This document shows positions 1 to 8,383 of a stretch of DNA of 12,205 nucleotides, piece after piece. Origin of the DNA: Promethearchaeati archaeon (GTDB taxonomy: Archaea; Asgardarchaeota; Heimdallarchaeia; JABLTI01); NCBI GenBank assembly GCA_013166835.1, contig JABLTI010000120.1:1-12205 (forward strand), in the 5' to 3' direction. The notes beneath the pieces were generated by a model that was not told the DNA's origin, ran no database searches, and was given only the letters and a program-made list of their open reading frames with translations. Positions within the stretch are counted from its first letter, which is position 1. The number at the start of each line of letters is the position of its first letter. A program made the position numbers and the translations under genes.

Positions 1-786
1 ACATTCTTTGGATTAGTTGATGATAATCTCACAAGTCAATTAGCACCAATTAGGAATATGATTCGTACTAAAGAAGATGGATTCAATCAAGTAACGACTA
101 CATGTTCAATGTGCTATAACACTCTTAAAAGAGCGAATATGCTTTTCAAAAACGATGAAGAAAAAGCAATGAGATTAAACGCTTTTATGTACGAAGAAGA
201 AGACTATGCAGGTGATGTAGAGGTTCTACATTTAATTGATATCATAAAGGATAAAATTGGTATCGAAAAATTAAGAGGAAAAATTGTTAATCCATTAAAA
301 GGACTAAAAATCGCTCCTTACTACGGTTGTACACTATTACGTCCAACTGAAGTTTCAGTGGATGAAAACACCGAAAAACCAACAATTATATCTGATTTGA
401 TTTTCGCTCTTGGTGCTGAAGCTGTGGAAGACCCCTATATGACTGAATGTTGCGGTTCTTACTTAACTGTAAAAGATAAACATCTAGTCGCTGATCGAAC
501 AAACAAAATACTCGGATCAATGACAAGAAAAGATATTGACCTCGTAATGGTATCTTGTCCATTATGTCAATTTAACTTGGATGCGCGCCAAAAAGAAGCT
601 AAAGAACTTAATCCCTCTTTCAAAGAGGTACCGATTGTTTATTTCACACAATTAATGGCTTTAGCATTAGGCAAAGATCCAAAGGAACTGGGTTTTGGAG
701 AACATAAAATTGATCCTACTCCCGTTTTAAAGAAACGGAAGTTATTGGGAACAGCTCAGAAAGTTCCCGTGAAAGCAAAGAATTAA
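1..786 (+). CDS. hdrB: Heterodisulfide reductase subunit B-like CCG-domain protein (5'-truncated; frame is open from base 1)
   Basis: Frame 1 has no stop from base 1 (TFFGLVDDNLTSQLAPIRNM...). CCG-domain motifs are TCSMCYNTLK, YYGC, ECCGS and SCPLCQFNLD, with PIVYFTQLMALALG at the end, as in HdrB. Confidence 0.85.
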   Translation, partial: TFFGLVDDNLTSQLAPIRNMIRTKEDGFNQVTTTCSMCYNTLKRANMLFKNDEEKAMRLNAFMYEEEDYAGDVEVLHLIDIIKDKIGIEKLRGKIVNPLKGLKIAPYYGCTLLRPTEVSVDENTEKPTIISDLIFALGAEAVEDPYMTECCGSYLTVKDKHLVADRTNKILGSMTRKDIDLVMVSCPLCQFNLDARQKEAKELNPSFKEVPIVYFTQLMALALGKDPKELGFGEHKIDPTPVLKKRKLLGTAQKVPVKAKN

Positions 787-796
787 GGTGGCAGAT

Positions 797-1489
797 ATGG
801 CAACCGAAATAAAACATGAAATGGTAAAAATAATTGTTGCAAACACAGAATTTGAGGTTCCGTCAAATCTAACGATAATGAAAGCCCTCGAGTATCTCGG
901 TTGGAGATTAGAGCGTGGAGTTGGTTGTCGTGGAGGTTTCTGTGGAGCCTGCAGTACAATCTATAGGTTACAAGGTGATCATAAACTCTACACAGGCTTA
1001 GCTTGTGCAACGAAAGTTGAAAATGGAATGTTGATCGCTCAAGTACCAATTAATCCTGCAAACAAGAAACAATACAACATTGAAGCATTAAAAGCTGAAC
1101 CAAGCACAATACTCGAATTCTATCCAGAAATTGCTCGATGTATATCCTGTAATACCTGCACAAAAGCATGCCCAATGGATATAGAAGTTATGGATTATGT
1201 CCAAGCGGCATTAAGAGGAGATATTGCTGATGCAGCTGAATTAAGTTTTGATTGCATTATGTGTGGCTTATGTGCAACAAGATGCCCAGCAGAAATTTCA
1301 CAATTTAATGTTGGTATTCTTGCACGAAGATTGAATGGGAGATACATTGTGCTAAAATACCAGCAAATGGATAAACGAGTAAAGGAAGTTGAAAAAGGCA
1401 CTTATGACGCAGAAATCGATAAAATGATGAAAGCAGACAAGAACGCTATAGCCAAACTCTACAATGCGAGAGTGAGGGAGGAAGACTAA
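797..1489 (+). CDS. Iron-sulfur subunit (SdhB/FrdB-like): N-terminal [2Fe-2S] domain plus two [4Fe-4S] motifs
   Basis: GCRGGFCGAC...LAC is the 2Fe-2S motif; CISCNTCTKACP and CIMCGLCATRCP are two CxxCxxCxxxCP motifs. ATG 797 is preferred over GTG 788 because AGGTGG at 786-791 is an SD for it. Confidence 0.88.
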   Translation: MATEIKHEMVKIIVANTEFEVPSNLTIMKALEYLGWRLERGVGCRGGFCGACSTIYRLQGDHKLYTGLACATKVENGMLIAQVPINPANKKQYNIEALKAEPSTILEFYPEIARCISCNTCTKACPMDIEVMDYVQAALRGDIADAAELSFDCIMCGLCATRCPAEISQFNVGILARRLNGRYIVLKYQQMDKRVKEVEKGTYDAEIDKMMKADKNAIAKLYNARVREED

Positions 1490-1510
1490 GAGGAACTGAG
1501 GTGCAAGAAA

Positions 1511-3163
1511 ATGACAGTAGATCCTTATCCAGATTATATGCGTGCATCAATTGAGAAAGTAGAAAAGACTCGAGATAAACGAGCAAAAGAAACCATAGAT
1601 CATTGTTCACCAGATGAAATAACAGATGTGTTGGAAAACTTCCATCCTGATTTCATTAAAGAACAAAAAACCAAACTACGGTTTGGAGTATCTAAAGGTG
1701 AAGTTGTTCCTCTTGAAGTTGCGAAAATTGTAGAAACAAAATCAATTCTAGATCCCAAAGCAATTGACTTGAATAAAGTCGATTTTGATGTTGATATTCT
1801 AATTGTTGGTGGCGGTGGTGCTGGTGCTAATGCTGCCTTATGGGCTATGAAAAGTGGTGTGAAACCAGAGAATATCCTAATTGTTACTAAACTAAGAATG
1901 GGAGATTCAAACACTACTATGGCTCAAGGTGGTATACAAGCAGCAGTAAGAAAAGTAGACAATCCAGCTATCCATTATTTAGATGCTTACGGTGGCGGTC
2001 ATTATGAAAATGATCCACCACTAGTTAAAAGACTAGTTAGAGATGCTCCACTCATTTTGAAATGGTACGAAGAATTAGGAATGATGTTTGACAAATTCGA
2101 CGATGGAACAATGGATGCAATTCATGGAGGAGGTACCTCCAGAAAGAGAATGCATTTCGGCAGGGACTTCACAGGTTTGGAAATAATGCGTACACTTCGT
2201 GATGAAGTCTTCAATAATAACATCAAAGTCATTGAATTCTCTCCAGCTGTTGAATTAATAAAAGATGAAACTGGTCAAGTTGCTGGTGCAGTTTTACTAA
2301 ATCTTGACAGTAAAGAATACATTACTGTAAAGGCAAAGGCAACTATTGTCACGACTGGTGGTTTTGGTCGTCTACACATTCAAGGATTTCCAACAACAAA
2401 CCATTATGGTGCTACTTTTGATGGTTGCATCATGGGTTACCGTGCTGGTGCTCCCTTGAAATTAATGAAATCAGTTCAATATCACCCAACTGGTGCTGCA
2501 TTTCCAGAGCAAATTGTTGGTTTGCTTGTAACCGAAAAGGTTCGAGGAAAAGGTGCCCAAGTTCTAAACAAAGATGGTGAACAATTCTGCTTCCCATTGG
2601 AAACTCGTGATGTTGAAGCGAGTTTACTCATTCGCGAGTGTCTTGGTAAGAAAAAGGGTTTAGTTACACCAACAGGTCAACATGGTCTTTGGTTAGACTC
2701 ACCTTTAATTGATGTCCTTCATGGTGAAGGTACCATAGAGAAGAACTTCGCAGCAATGGTGAAACAATTCGGAAGATTCGGTGTTGATATTGTACAAGAT
2801 CCTATGTTAATTTATCCAACACTCCACTACCAAAATGGTGGTTTAGCAATCAACGAATTCGCAGAAACAAAGATAAAGAACCTTTATGCTGCAGGTGAAG
2901 TTTGTGGTGGAACACATGGAAGTAACCGATTAATGGGTAACAGTTTACTAGAAATTAGTGTCTTCGGTCGAATTGCCGGTATAACTGCCGCAAAGAAAGT
3001 TGATAAAGTCAAACTAGGAAAACTAACACTCTCTCATGTCGACCAATACAATGCTCTCTGTGTTGAACACAAAGTCAAGAACCCACCATCTCCAATAATC
3101 TTCCCAGATTACACAGAAGCAAAACACAAAGGTAGAATCCTACCAACTGATTTCTTAGTATAA
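1511..3163 (+). CDS. Fumarate reductase/succinate dehydrogenase-family flavoprotein (FAD_binding_2) with an N-terminal extension; probably non-covalent FAD
   Basis: Motifs ILIVGGGGAG, TTMAQGGIQAA, VTTGGFG, QYHPTG, LVTEKVRGKG, ETRDV, PTLHYQNGG, LYAAGEV and GSNRLMGNSLLE. SD GAGGTG at 1498-1503. Confidence 0.92.
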   Translation: MTVDPYPDYMRASIEKVEKTRDKRAKETIDHCSPDEITDVLENFHPDFIKEQKTKLRFGVSKGEVVPLEVAKIVETKSILDPKAIDLNKVDFDVDILIVGGGGAGANAALWAMKSGVKPENILIVTKLRMGDSNTTMAQGGIQAAVRKVDNPAIHYLDAYGGGHYENDPPLVKRLVRDAPLILKWYEELGMMFDKFDDGTMDAIHGGGTSRKRMHFGRDFTGLEIMRTLRDEVFNNNIKVIEFSPAVELIKDETGQVAGAVLLNLDSKEYITVKAKATIVTTGGFGRLHIQGFPTTNHYGATFDGCIMGYRAGAPLKLMKSVQYHPTGAAFPEQIVGLLVTEKVRGKGAQVLNKDGEQFCFPLETRDVEASLLIRECLGKKKGLVTPTGQHGLWLDSPLIDVLHGEGTIEKNFAAMVKQFGRFGVDIVQDPMLIYPTLHYQNGGLAINEFAETKIKNLYAAGEVCGGTHGSNRLMGNSLLEISVFGRIAGITAAKKVDKVKLGKLTLSHVDQYNALCVEHKVKNPPSPIIFPDYTEAKHKGRILPTDFLV

Positions 3164-3167
3164 AATT

Positions 3168-3205
3168 GAAGGAATTTATTCCTTCTTCTTATTTCTTTTT
3201 ATTTT
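3168..3205 (+). terminator. Hairpin plus T-rich tract ending the hdrB/Fe-S/flavoprotein operon
   Basis: GAAGGAA-TTTA-TTCCTTC (3168-3185) lies just after the TAA at 3163 and is followed by TTCTTATTTCTTTTTATTTT. Confidence 0.6.
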
Positions 3206-3264
3206 ATAATTTAACACGAAATGTTATTTTAAGTACATCTCCATAATTCATTTGGCGATACTTC

Positions 3265-4455
3265 ATGAAGTACGATACAATAATAATTGGTGCGGGGGTT
3301 ATAGGAGCAAGTACAGCATACCACTTGAAACGTTTATCTCCGAAAAAGAAAATATTACTCATTGATAAAAATAACAAAGTTGCCGTCGGAAATACCGCTA
3401 AAAGTGCTGCTTTATACAGGAATCTTTTTTCGTCTAGAACAAGTCAGGTTTTGGCTAATAGCTCAATAAGTTACTATGAAAGTATCGCAGATAAAATCAG
3501 CTTGAAAGAACTTGGTTATTTTTGGATGCTATCTCAAGATGATTATCAAAAAGCAAAGACCGGATTAAGTAAGCTTGATGAAAAAAAGGACCGATTTGAA
3601 TTTTTGTCTGTTAAAGAAATACCTACAAATCTCAAGCTTAATACTTCAAAATCTGATGAATTTAGTGAAGTCGAATGCATTCTATATGGTCATCGTTGTG
3701 GTTCTCTCTCTGCAATAAAGCTAGCTAGATACTATGCCACACAATTTCAGAAGTTAGGTGGAGTAATACAGGTTCCTGCAAAAATTAAAAAAATAAATTT
3801 AACAGAAAAAAATCGATTTTACCCTCCTTGGTCCGATGTAAAAATTGATTCAATAACTGATCACAATGGAGTAGATTACTTTGCTGATGATTTCATTTTC
3901 GCCCTAGGTGCATGGACCCACTCTTTCTTATCTCAATATGGAATAGCTTCCCAAATATATCCTCAAAAACGTCAGATGTTTACATTAAAGATTAAGCCAG
4001 ACCAGATCGCTACTGATATTAAGCAGAGAATTCCAATTCTTGTTCTTCCAACTGGTGGTGTATACATTAAACCAGTCCTTCAAAACAGTATGGTAATGGT
4101 CGGTAGTGCCAATGAGCTAGGGAATCCATTTCAAATGGATGCCAATCCTCCAACTGCAGAAGAAGGTTATTTCAAAAATGCCATTGAGCCCGTTTTGAAT
4201 CATTATTTTCCGCACTTAAAAGATTATAGCATTTTCTCTAAATGGGCTGGTTATTATGCCTACTATTGGCCAGATAAAAATCCGGTTATAGAAAAAATTT
4301 CCAATATTCAATGGGTGAGTGGAACATCTGGTTCAGGTACAGCTGCAAGAAACCTATCTATGGATGAAGTAGAATTATTCGATGAAACCAAGTTTCAGGT
4401 AGCTGATTTATCATTGAAGAAAAGGAATGTAGATGCTGAAGAGCTAATAATCTAA
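3265..4455 (+). CDS. FAD-dependent oxidoreductase, DAO/glycine-D-amino-acid-oxidase family; possible in-frame deletion near the C-terminus
   Basis: Motifs YDTIIIGAGVIGASTAYHL, GNTAKSAA, FALGAWT, WAGYYAYYWPDKNPVI and SGTSGSG. Its stop overlaps the convergent TPR gene by 4 bp. Confidence 0.85.
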   Translation: MKYDTIIIGAGVIGASTAYHLKRLSPKKKILLIDKNNKVAVGNTAKSAALYRNLFSSRTSQVLANSSISYYESIADKISLKELGYFWMLSQDDYQKAKTGLSKLDEKKDRFEFLSVKEIPTNLKLNTSKSDEFSEVECILYGHRCGSLSAIKLARYYATQFQKLGGVIQVPAKIKKINLTEKNRFYPPWSDVKIDSITDHNGVDYFADDFIFALGAWTHSFLSQYGIASQIYPQKRQMFTLKIKPDQIATDIKQRIPILVLPTGGVYIKPVLQNSMVMVGSANELGNPFQMDANPPTAEEGYFKNAIEPVLNHYFPHLKDYSIFSKWAGYYAYYWPDKNPVIEKISNIQWVSGTSGSGTAARNLSMDEVELFDETKFQVADLSLKKRNVDAEELII

Positions 4456-6287
4456 TCTTGTTTGATAAATTCATAATATTTCCTTATGAATTCATCCCAG
4501 TGATCTATACGAGCAATTAATTCACCTTGTTGTCGAGTGATTTTTTCTGCAAGTTTAATTAAACCTTCTTCATCCGCCATATCACGAGCCTGTACCAAGA
4601 GTTTTTTCGCTTTTTGTATATCAATTTCGACAATTGAAAATTGAGCTTTTAACCAAAGTGTTAGTAGACGAATATTATTCGCTTCAATCTTGAGATTGTA
4701 GGCGTTTTGCTTCTTAGCTATCACTGTCAATGTTTCAGTGTAATTCTCTAGCTCGAGTAAAACTTCAGTGTCACCAGAAATACTGAATTCATTAATTAGT
4801 AACTCGCACAGATTAATCATAGCAAAAACTGTGAGAGTATGATTAAGTATCTCATCTTTAACCACTATTTCTAGAATCTCAATTGCTTTAATCCATTTTT
4901 TAGGCCTAGAACTGGCTTTTAGAATCAGAGCTTTTCCTACTTCAAGTGTTTGATTAAAATATCGGCTCTCATTTTCCCGAGTAATTTTGTCAAGTTTCTC
5001 CAAATAATTCTTAGCTAAATTAATATCTCCCTTATCAACTGATATAGTTATTAAAAGTAGTAATGTATCTATGAGATGATGAGTTACCTCCATTTTTGTT
5101 TGAACTCTCAAACTCTTTTGGGCATGATCCAATGCAAGGTTAAAATCTCCCTTTGCATGATAGATTTTCCCTAGAAGCTGTTGAGCTAAACCTATGGAAT
5201 AATTCTGAGAGCTCAAAGGTAAATTCTCAAGCGCATTCAGCGTTATATCTAATGCTAAATCAATTTTGCCTTGATCAAAATACATTGCAGCTAGGTTAAT
5301 AGAATTTAAATTAGCATGATATTTATCTCCAACTGATTCGTAAACCACAACACATTCTTTCATAAATTTAATAGCATCATCTAATTCCCCTTTTTTCCAA
5401 GCAACTAAAGCATCTTTCCATGATGCTTTTTGGGTAATCCTGAGATTTCTTATGTTACCTCGCATATTCGAGGCTTCTTGGAACAATTCAATCGCTTTAT
5501 CTAATTCCCCAATAAAATAGTGTGTTAATCCAATTCTGTACACTAGCTCATGATAATTTTTATTAATCGATTTTTGGATTTTAATGCCTTCTTCAAAAAC
5601 TTCTAAAGATTTACTATATTTACCAGTCCATTGATAATTAGCACCAATTATAGTATTACACTCTACTTCCGCTGCTTTATGCTCAATTTCTAAAGCAATC
5701 TCTTTCGCTTTAAAAGCAAAATCAATTCCTTGTTCATACTCTTCAGCGTGCATAGCAAGAACAGCTATCCATGTGTAGATATCCATAAGCAATTTCTTTT
5801 CATTTATCTTTTGTGCGAGTTTTTTAGCCTTTGTTAGAACTTCAAATGCTAGGTTTAATTCTGCCAATCTATCAAGATTAATTCCTTTGTAATACAACAA
5901 TGAAATTCTTTGTTTTGTCAGTTCCGCATTTTCCTTTTCTTCTATAATTTCTAATATTTCCTCTGCCTTTTCTATCGTTTCTAAACTTTCTCTGAATAAA
6001 GCTAATTGTTGTTTACATCGAGCTAGATCTATAAGAACTTCTAATTGTAATTCTTGATTATCCGATCCCTTACTCAACTCTAAAGCTTCTTCAACAAATT
6101 CCAGTCTTTTCTCAGGAGGAAATTCCTCTAGATTTCTACTATTCAAAAGCATAATTCTTACCAAAGCTTCTTTTGGTAAATTTCCCCTCTTATTCAATTT
6201 CTCTAATTTATCATGAGCAATTCTGAAATTATGCCAGTCAATATCTTTCTCAATAAGAGAGAGTTCTCTGTTTAATTTATTATCCAA
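4452..6287 (-). CDS. Tetratricopeptide-repeat protein with a conserved helical C-terminal domain (paralogue A)
   Basis: Repeated TPR helices such as IGANYQWTGKYSKSLEVFEEGIKI, IGLTHYFIGELDKAIELFQEA and LGKIYHAKGDFNLALDHAQKSL. TTG start with SD GAGGGG at 6298-6293. Confidence 0.88.
   Translation of the reverse strand: MDNKLNRELSLIEKDIDWHNFRIAHDKLEKLNKRGNLPKEALVRIMLLNSRNLEEFPPEKRLEFVEEALELSKGSDNQELQLEVLIDLARCKQQLALFRESLETIEKAEEILEIIEEKENAELTKQRISLLYYKGINLDRLAELNLAFEVLTKAKKLAQKINEKKLLMDIYTWIAVLAMHAEEYEQGIDFAFKAKEIALEIEHKAAEVECNTIIGANYQWTGKYSKSLEVFEEGIKIQKSINKNYHELVYRIGLTHYFIGELDKAIELFQEASNMRGNIRNLRITQKASWKDALVAWKKGELDDAIKFMKECVVVYESVGDKYHANLNSINLAAMYFDQGKIDLALDITLNALENLPLSSQNYSIGLAQQLLGKIYHAKGDFNLALDHAQKSLRVQTKMEVTHHLIDTLLLLITISVDKGDINLAKNYLEKLDKITRENESRYFNQTLEVGKALILKASSRPKKWIKAIEILEIVVKDEILNHTLTVFAMINLCELLINEFSISGDTEVLLELENYTETLTVIAKKQNAYNLKIEANNIRLLTLWLKAQFSIVEIDIQKAKKLLVQARDMADEEGLIKLAEKITRQQGELIARIDHWDEFIRKYYEFIKQD
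4468..4492. repeat. 9-bp inverted repeat AATTCATAA-N7-TTATGAATT inside the last codons of TPR gene A
   Basis: AATTCATAA at 4468-4476, loop TATTTCC, TTATGAATT at 4484-4492. The same arms occur at 6439-6463. Confidence 0.7.
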
Positions 6288-6425
6288 TAAAACCCCTCAT
6301 AGAAGCCACAATAACTTAAATTGATTAACATACAATTTTTATAACTATTAATTTTTTTGAAAAAAAGTTCTTATTATTTAATCTGCTTTCTTCTTTTCTT
6401 CACAATTTCTCGATTTAGGGGAATT

Positions 6426-8234
6426 TCAGCTTCTTATAAATTCATAATACTTTCTTATGAATTCATCCCAATTTTCAAATTTTTCAAGCATTTTATCATA
6501 TTGAGTTGTTATTTTAGATGCTAATTTTATCAAACCATGTGAATTAGCTAATTCTCGTGCTTCTTGTAGCAACCTTCGAGCATTTTGTATATTGATATCC
6601 AGCTTTGAATGTTGAGCTTGTAACCATAGTGAAATAATGCGAATGTGATATGCCTCAACTCTTAATGTATAGGAGTTTTGTTTTTGAGCAATATCCAGTA
6701 ATCTGCTGGTATGTGTTTGCAAATCGTTTAATACATCTTCATCACCTGAAATACTGTATTCATTTAGTAAGATTTCACATAAATTAATCAATGCAACAAG
6801 AGTAGTATTATAAGTTGCAATAGGTTCACATACTATTTCTTCCAAAATATCAATGGCTTGTGTCCAATATTTTGGTCTGCCTTTCGATTTTAGAACTAAC
6901 GCATTAGAGAGTTGATAATTTTGTCTAACAATTCTATTATCTGTTTTTGTAGAGAGTTCTTTTAGTTGATTTAGATATGAATCTGTTTCATCAAAACTTT
7001 CTTTTTCTAATAAAAATGTAATAAGAAAACGAAGTGTTTGAGCAATATCTTGTTTATTACCCATTGCCATTCGAAGATCTAAACATATTTGTGCATGAAA
7101 AAGAGCATTTTCATAATCATTTTTCTCGTGGTAAATCTTCATTAAACTAAAATGCGCCCAACCCAAACCATATTTATTTTCGATGTTCCCTAGAATTCTT
7201 AATGCTTCTTTAGCATGTTCTAACGCTTTCTCTAATTCCCCTCGGAAAAAATAAACTGTTGAAATACCAACTTGGCTATAACCAATGGTAGCTAGATGTG
7301 GAAAAACACTCGCAAGTTCAATTGTTTTCTCGTATAATTCCATAGCTTCATCCATTCTTCCAATTCGGGAATTTAAATTTGCTAGAATAAAAGTAACTAT
7401 GAAATTTTTGTCAATATCTTCAGACTCATGGAATTTTTCTAATCCACGTTCAATATATTCTAATCCTTTCTCTAATTCTCCTTCACGCCAATAACTATCA
7501 CCTATACTCGCTATAGCATGAGGGTATTCGCCAGTAATTTTGATTCTTTCTTTAAAACATTCTCTAGTTTTTCTATAATCTCCTATTTCAGCATAAGTTA
7601 CTCCTAGGTTATGCAATAGGTGTGCAACATTAAGCTCATCTCCTAATTCTTTGAAATGTTGTAACGCTTGTTTTTGATATTTAAGACATAAATCATATTC
7701 ACCTAACGTACCAAATCCATTCCCTAACCAATGTAATGTTTGACCTTTAATAACACTAAGTGAATTTTTTTCTGCAAAATCTAGTGATTCTTGAAGCCAT
7801 TTAATTGATTCTTTTGGTTTATAGAGAAAATTGTAGATAAACCCCTTCCAATATAACAGCCAACCTTTATTTTCAATTAATCCTGTCGTTAGTTTTTTTT
7901 CCTTTTCTAATATTTTCTCTCCATGATTAATTACTTTTAATGCTTCTTCTAATTTCCAATTTCCTTGGAATATATTAATTCTCAGGATCAGATTTTCAAG
8001 TACCTTTTCCCAATCTTTATTTTTGGTATATATTTCAATTGCTTGATCAACAATTCTATGAGCTTCATTAAACTTGTTCGAATAGATGAGAATTCGAATT
8101 TTAAAATTAGTGATTTTCTTTTTTTGAGCAGCATTTAATTCATCTTGCTTTTCAATTTCTAAGATAGTATTTAAGCATTCATCATATTTCCTATTCTTAA
8201 ATAACTCAAGTACCTTTTCTAAACCATCATTCAT
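6426..8234 (-). CDS. Tetratricopeptide-repeat protein with a conserved helical C-terminal domain (paralogue B)
   Basis: TPR repeats such as LGNGFGTLGEYDLCLKYQKQAL, LGVTYAEIGDYRKTRECF and IGDSYWREGELEKGLEYIERGL. The C-terminal ~158 aa align without gaps to paralogue A; both carry WDEFIRKYYEFI just before the stop. Confidence 0.88.
   Translation of the reverse strand: MNDGLEKVLELFKNRKYDECLNTILEIEKQDELNAAQKKKITNFKIRILIYSNKFNEAHRIVDQAIEIYTKNKDWEKVLENLILRINIFQGNWKLEEALKVINHGEKILEKEKKLTTGLIENKGWLLYWKGFIYNFLYKPKESIKWLQESLDFAEKNSLSVIKGQTLHWLGNGFGTLGEYDLCLKYQKQALQHFKELGDELNVAHLLHNLGVTYAEIGDYRKTRECFKERIKITGEYPHAIASIGDSYWREGELEKGLEYIERGLEKFHESEDIDKNFIVTFILANLNSRIGRMDEAMELYEKTIELASVFPHLATIGYSQVGISTVYFFRGELEKALEHAKEALRILGNIENKYGLGWAHFSLMKIYHEKNDYENALFHAQICLDLRMAMGNKQDIAQTLRFLITFLLEKESFDETDSYLNQLKELSTKTDNRIVRQNYQLSNALVLKSKGRPKYWTQAIDILEEIVCEPIATYNTTLVALINLCEILLNEYSISGDEDVLNDLQTHTSRLLDIAQKQNSYTLRVEAYHIRIISLWLQAQHSKLDINIQNARRLLQEARELANSHGLIKLASKITTQYDKMLEKFENWDEFIRKYYEFIRS
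6439..6463. repeat. 9-bp inverted repeat AATTCATAA-N7-TTATGAATT inside the last codons of TPR gene B
   Basis: AATTCATAA at 6439-6447, loop TACTTTC, TTATGAATT at 6455-6463. Confidence 0.7.
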
Positions 8235-8383
8235 TTTAACCTAGATCCTGATAAACAATACCCCCGAGCTAGAAATGCCTCTTTTATAATAAAAGTGGAA
8301 ATTCTGCCCCTAGCAATATAACTTATGTTCATTTTTTAATTAAATTTTGCTGACAAAATAAAACAAAAATCGATGAATAATTG

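Noticed and set aside
783-1914. Minus-strand ORFs 783-1049, 1195-1401 and 1600-1914
   Set aside because: They are antisense shadows of well-supported Fe-S and flavoprotein genes and have no recognisable motifs.
1511-3163. Assigning sdhA, frdA or nadB as the gene symbol
   Set aside because: It lacks the flavinylation His and visible membrane anchors of Sdh/Frd, and its Fe-S/HdrB context does not fit nadB.
8281-8295. Palindrome CTTTTAT-A-ATAAAAG upstream of TPR gene B
   Set aside because: It is a single, almost pure A/T copy with no counterpart upstream of paralogue A.
8345-8358. TTTTGCTGACAAAA upstream of TPR gene B as another operator
   Set aside because: It has only one good half-site and the arms are 4 bp too close, so chance is plausible in AT-rich DNA.
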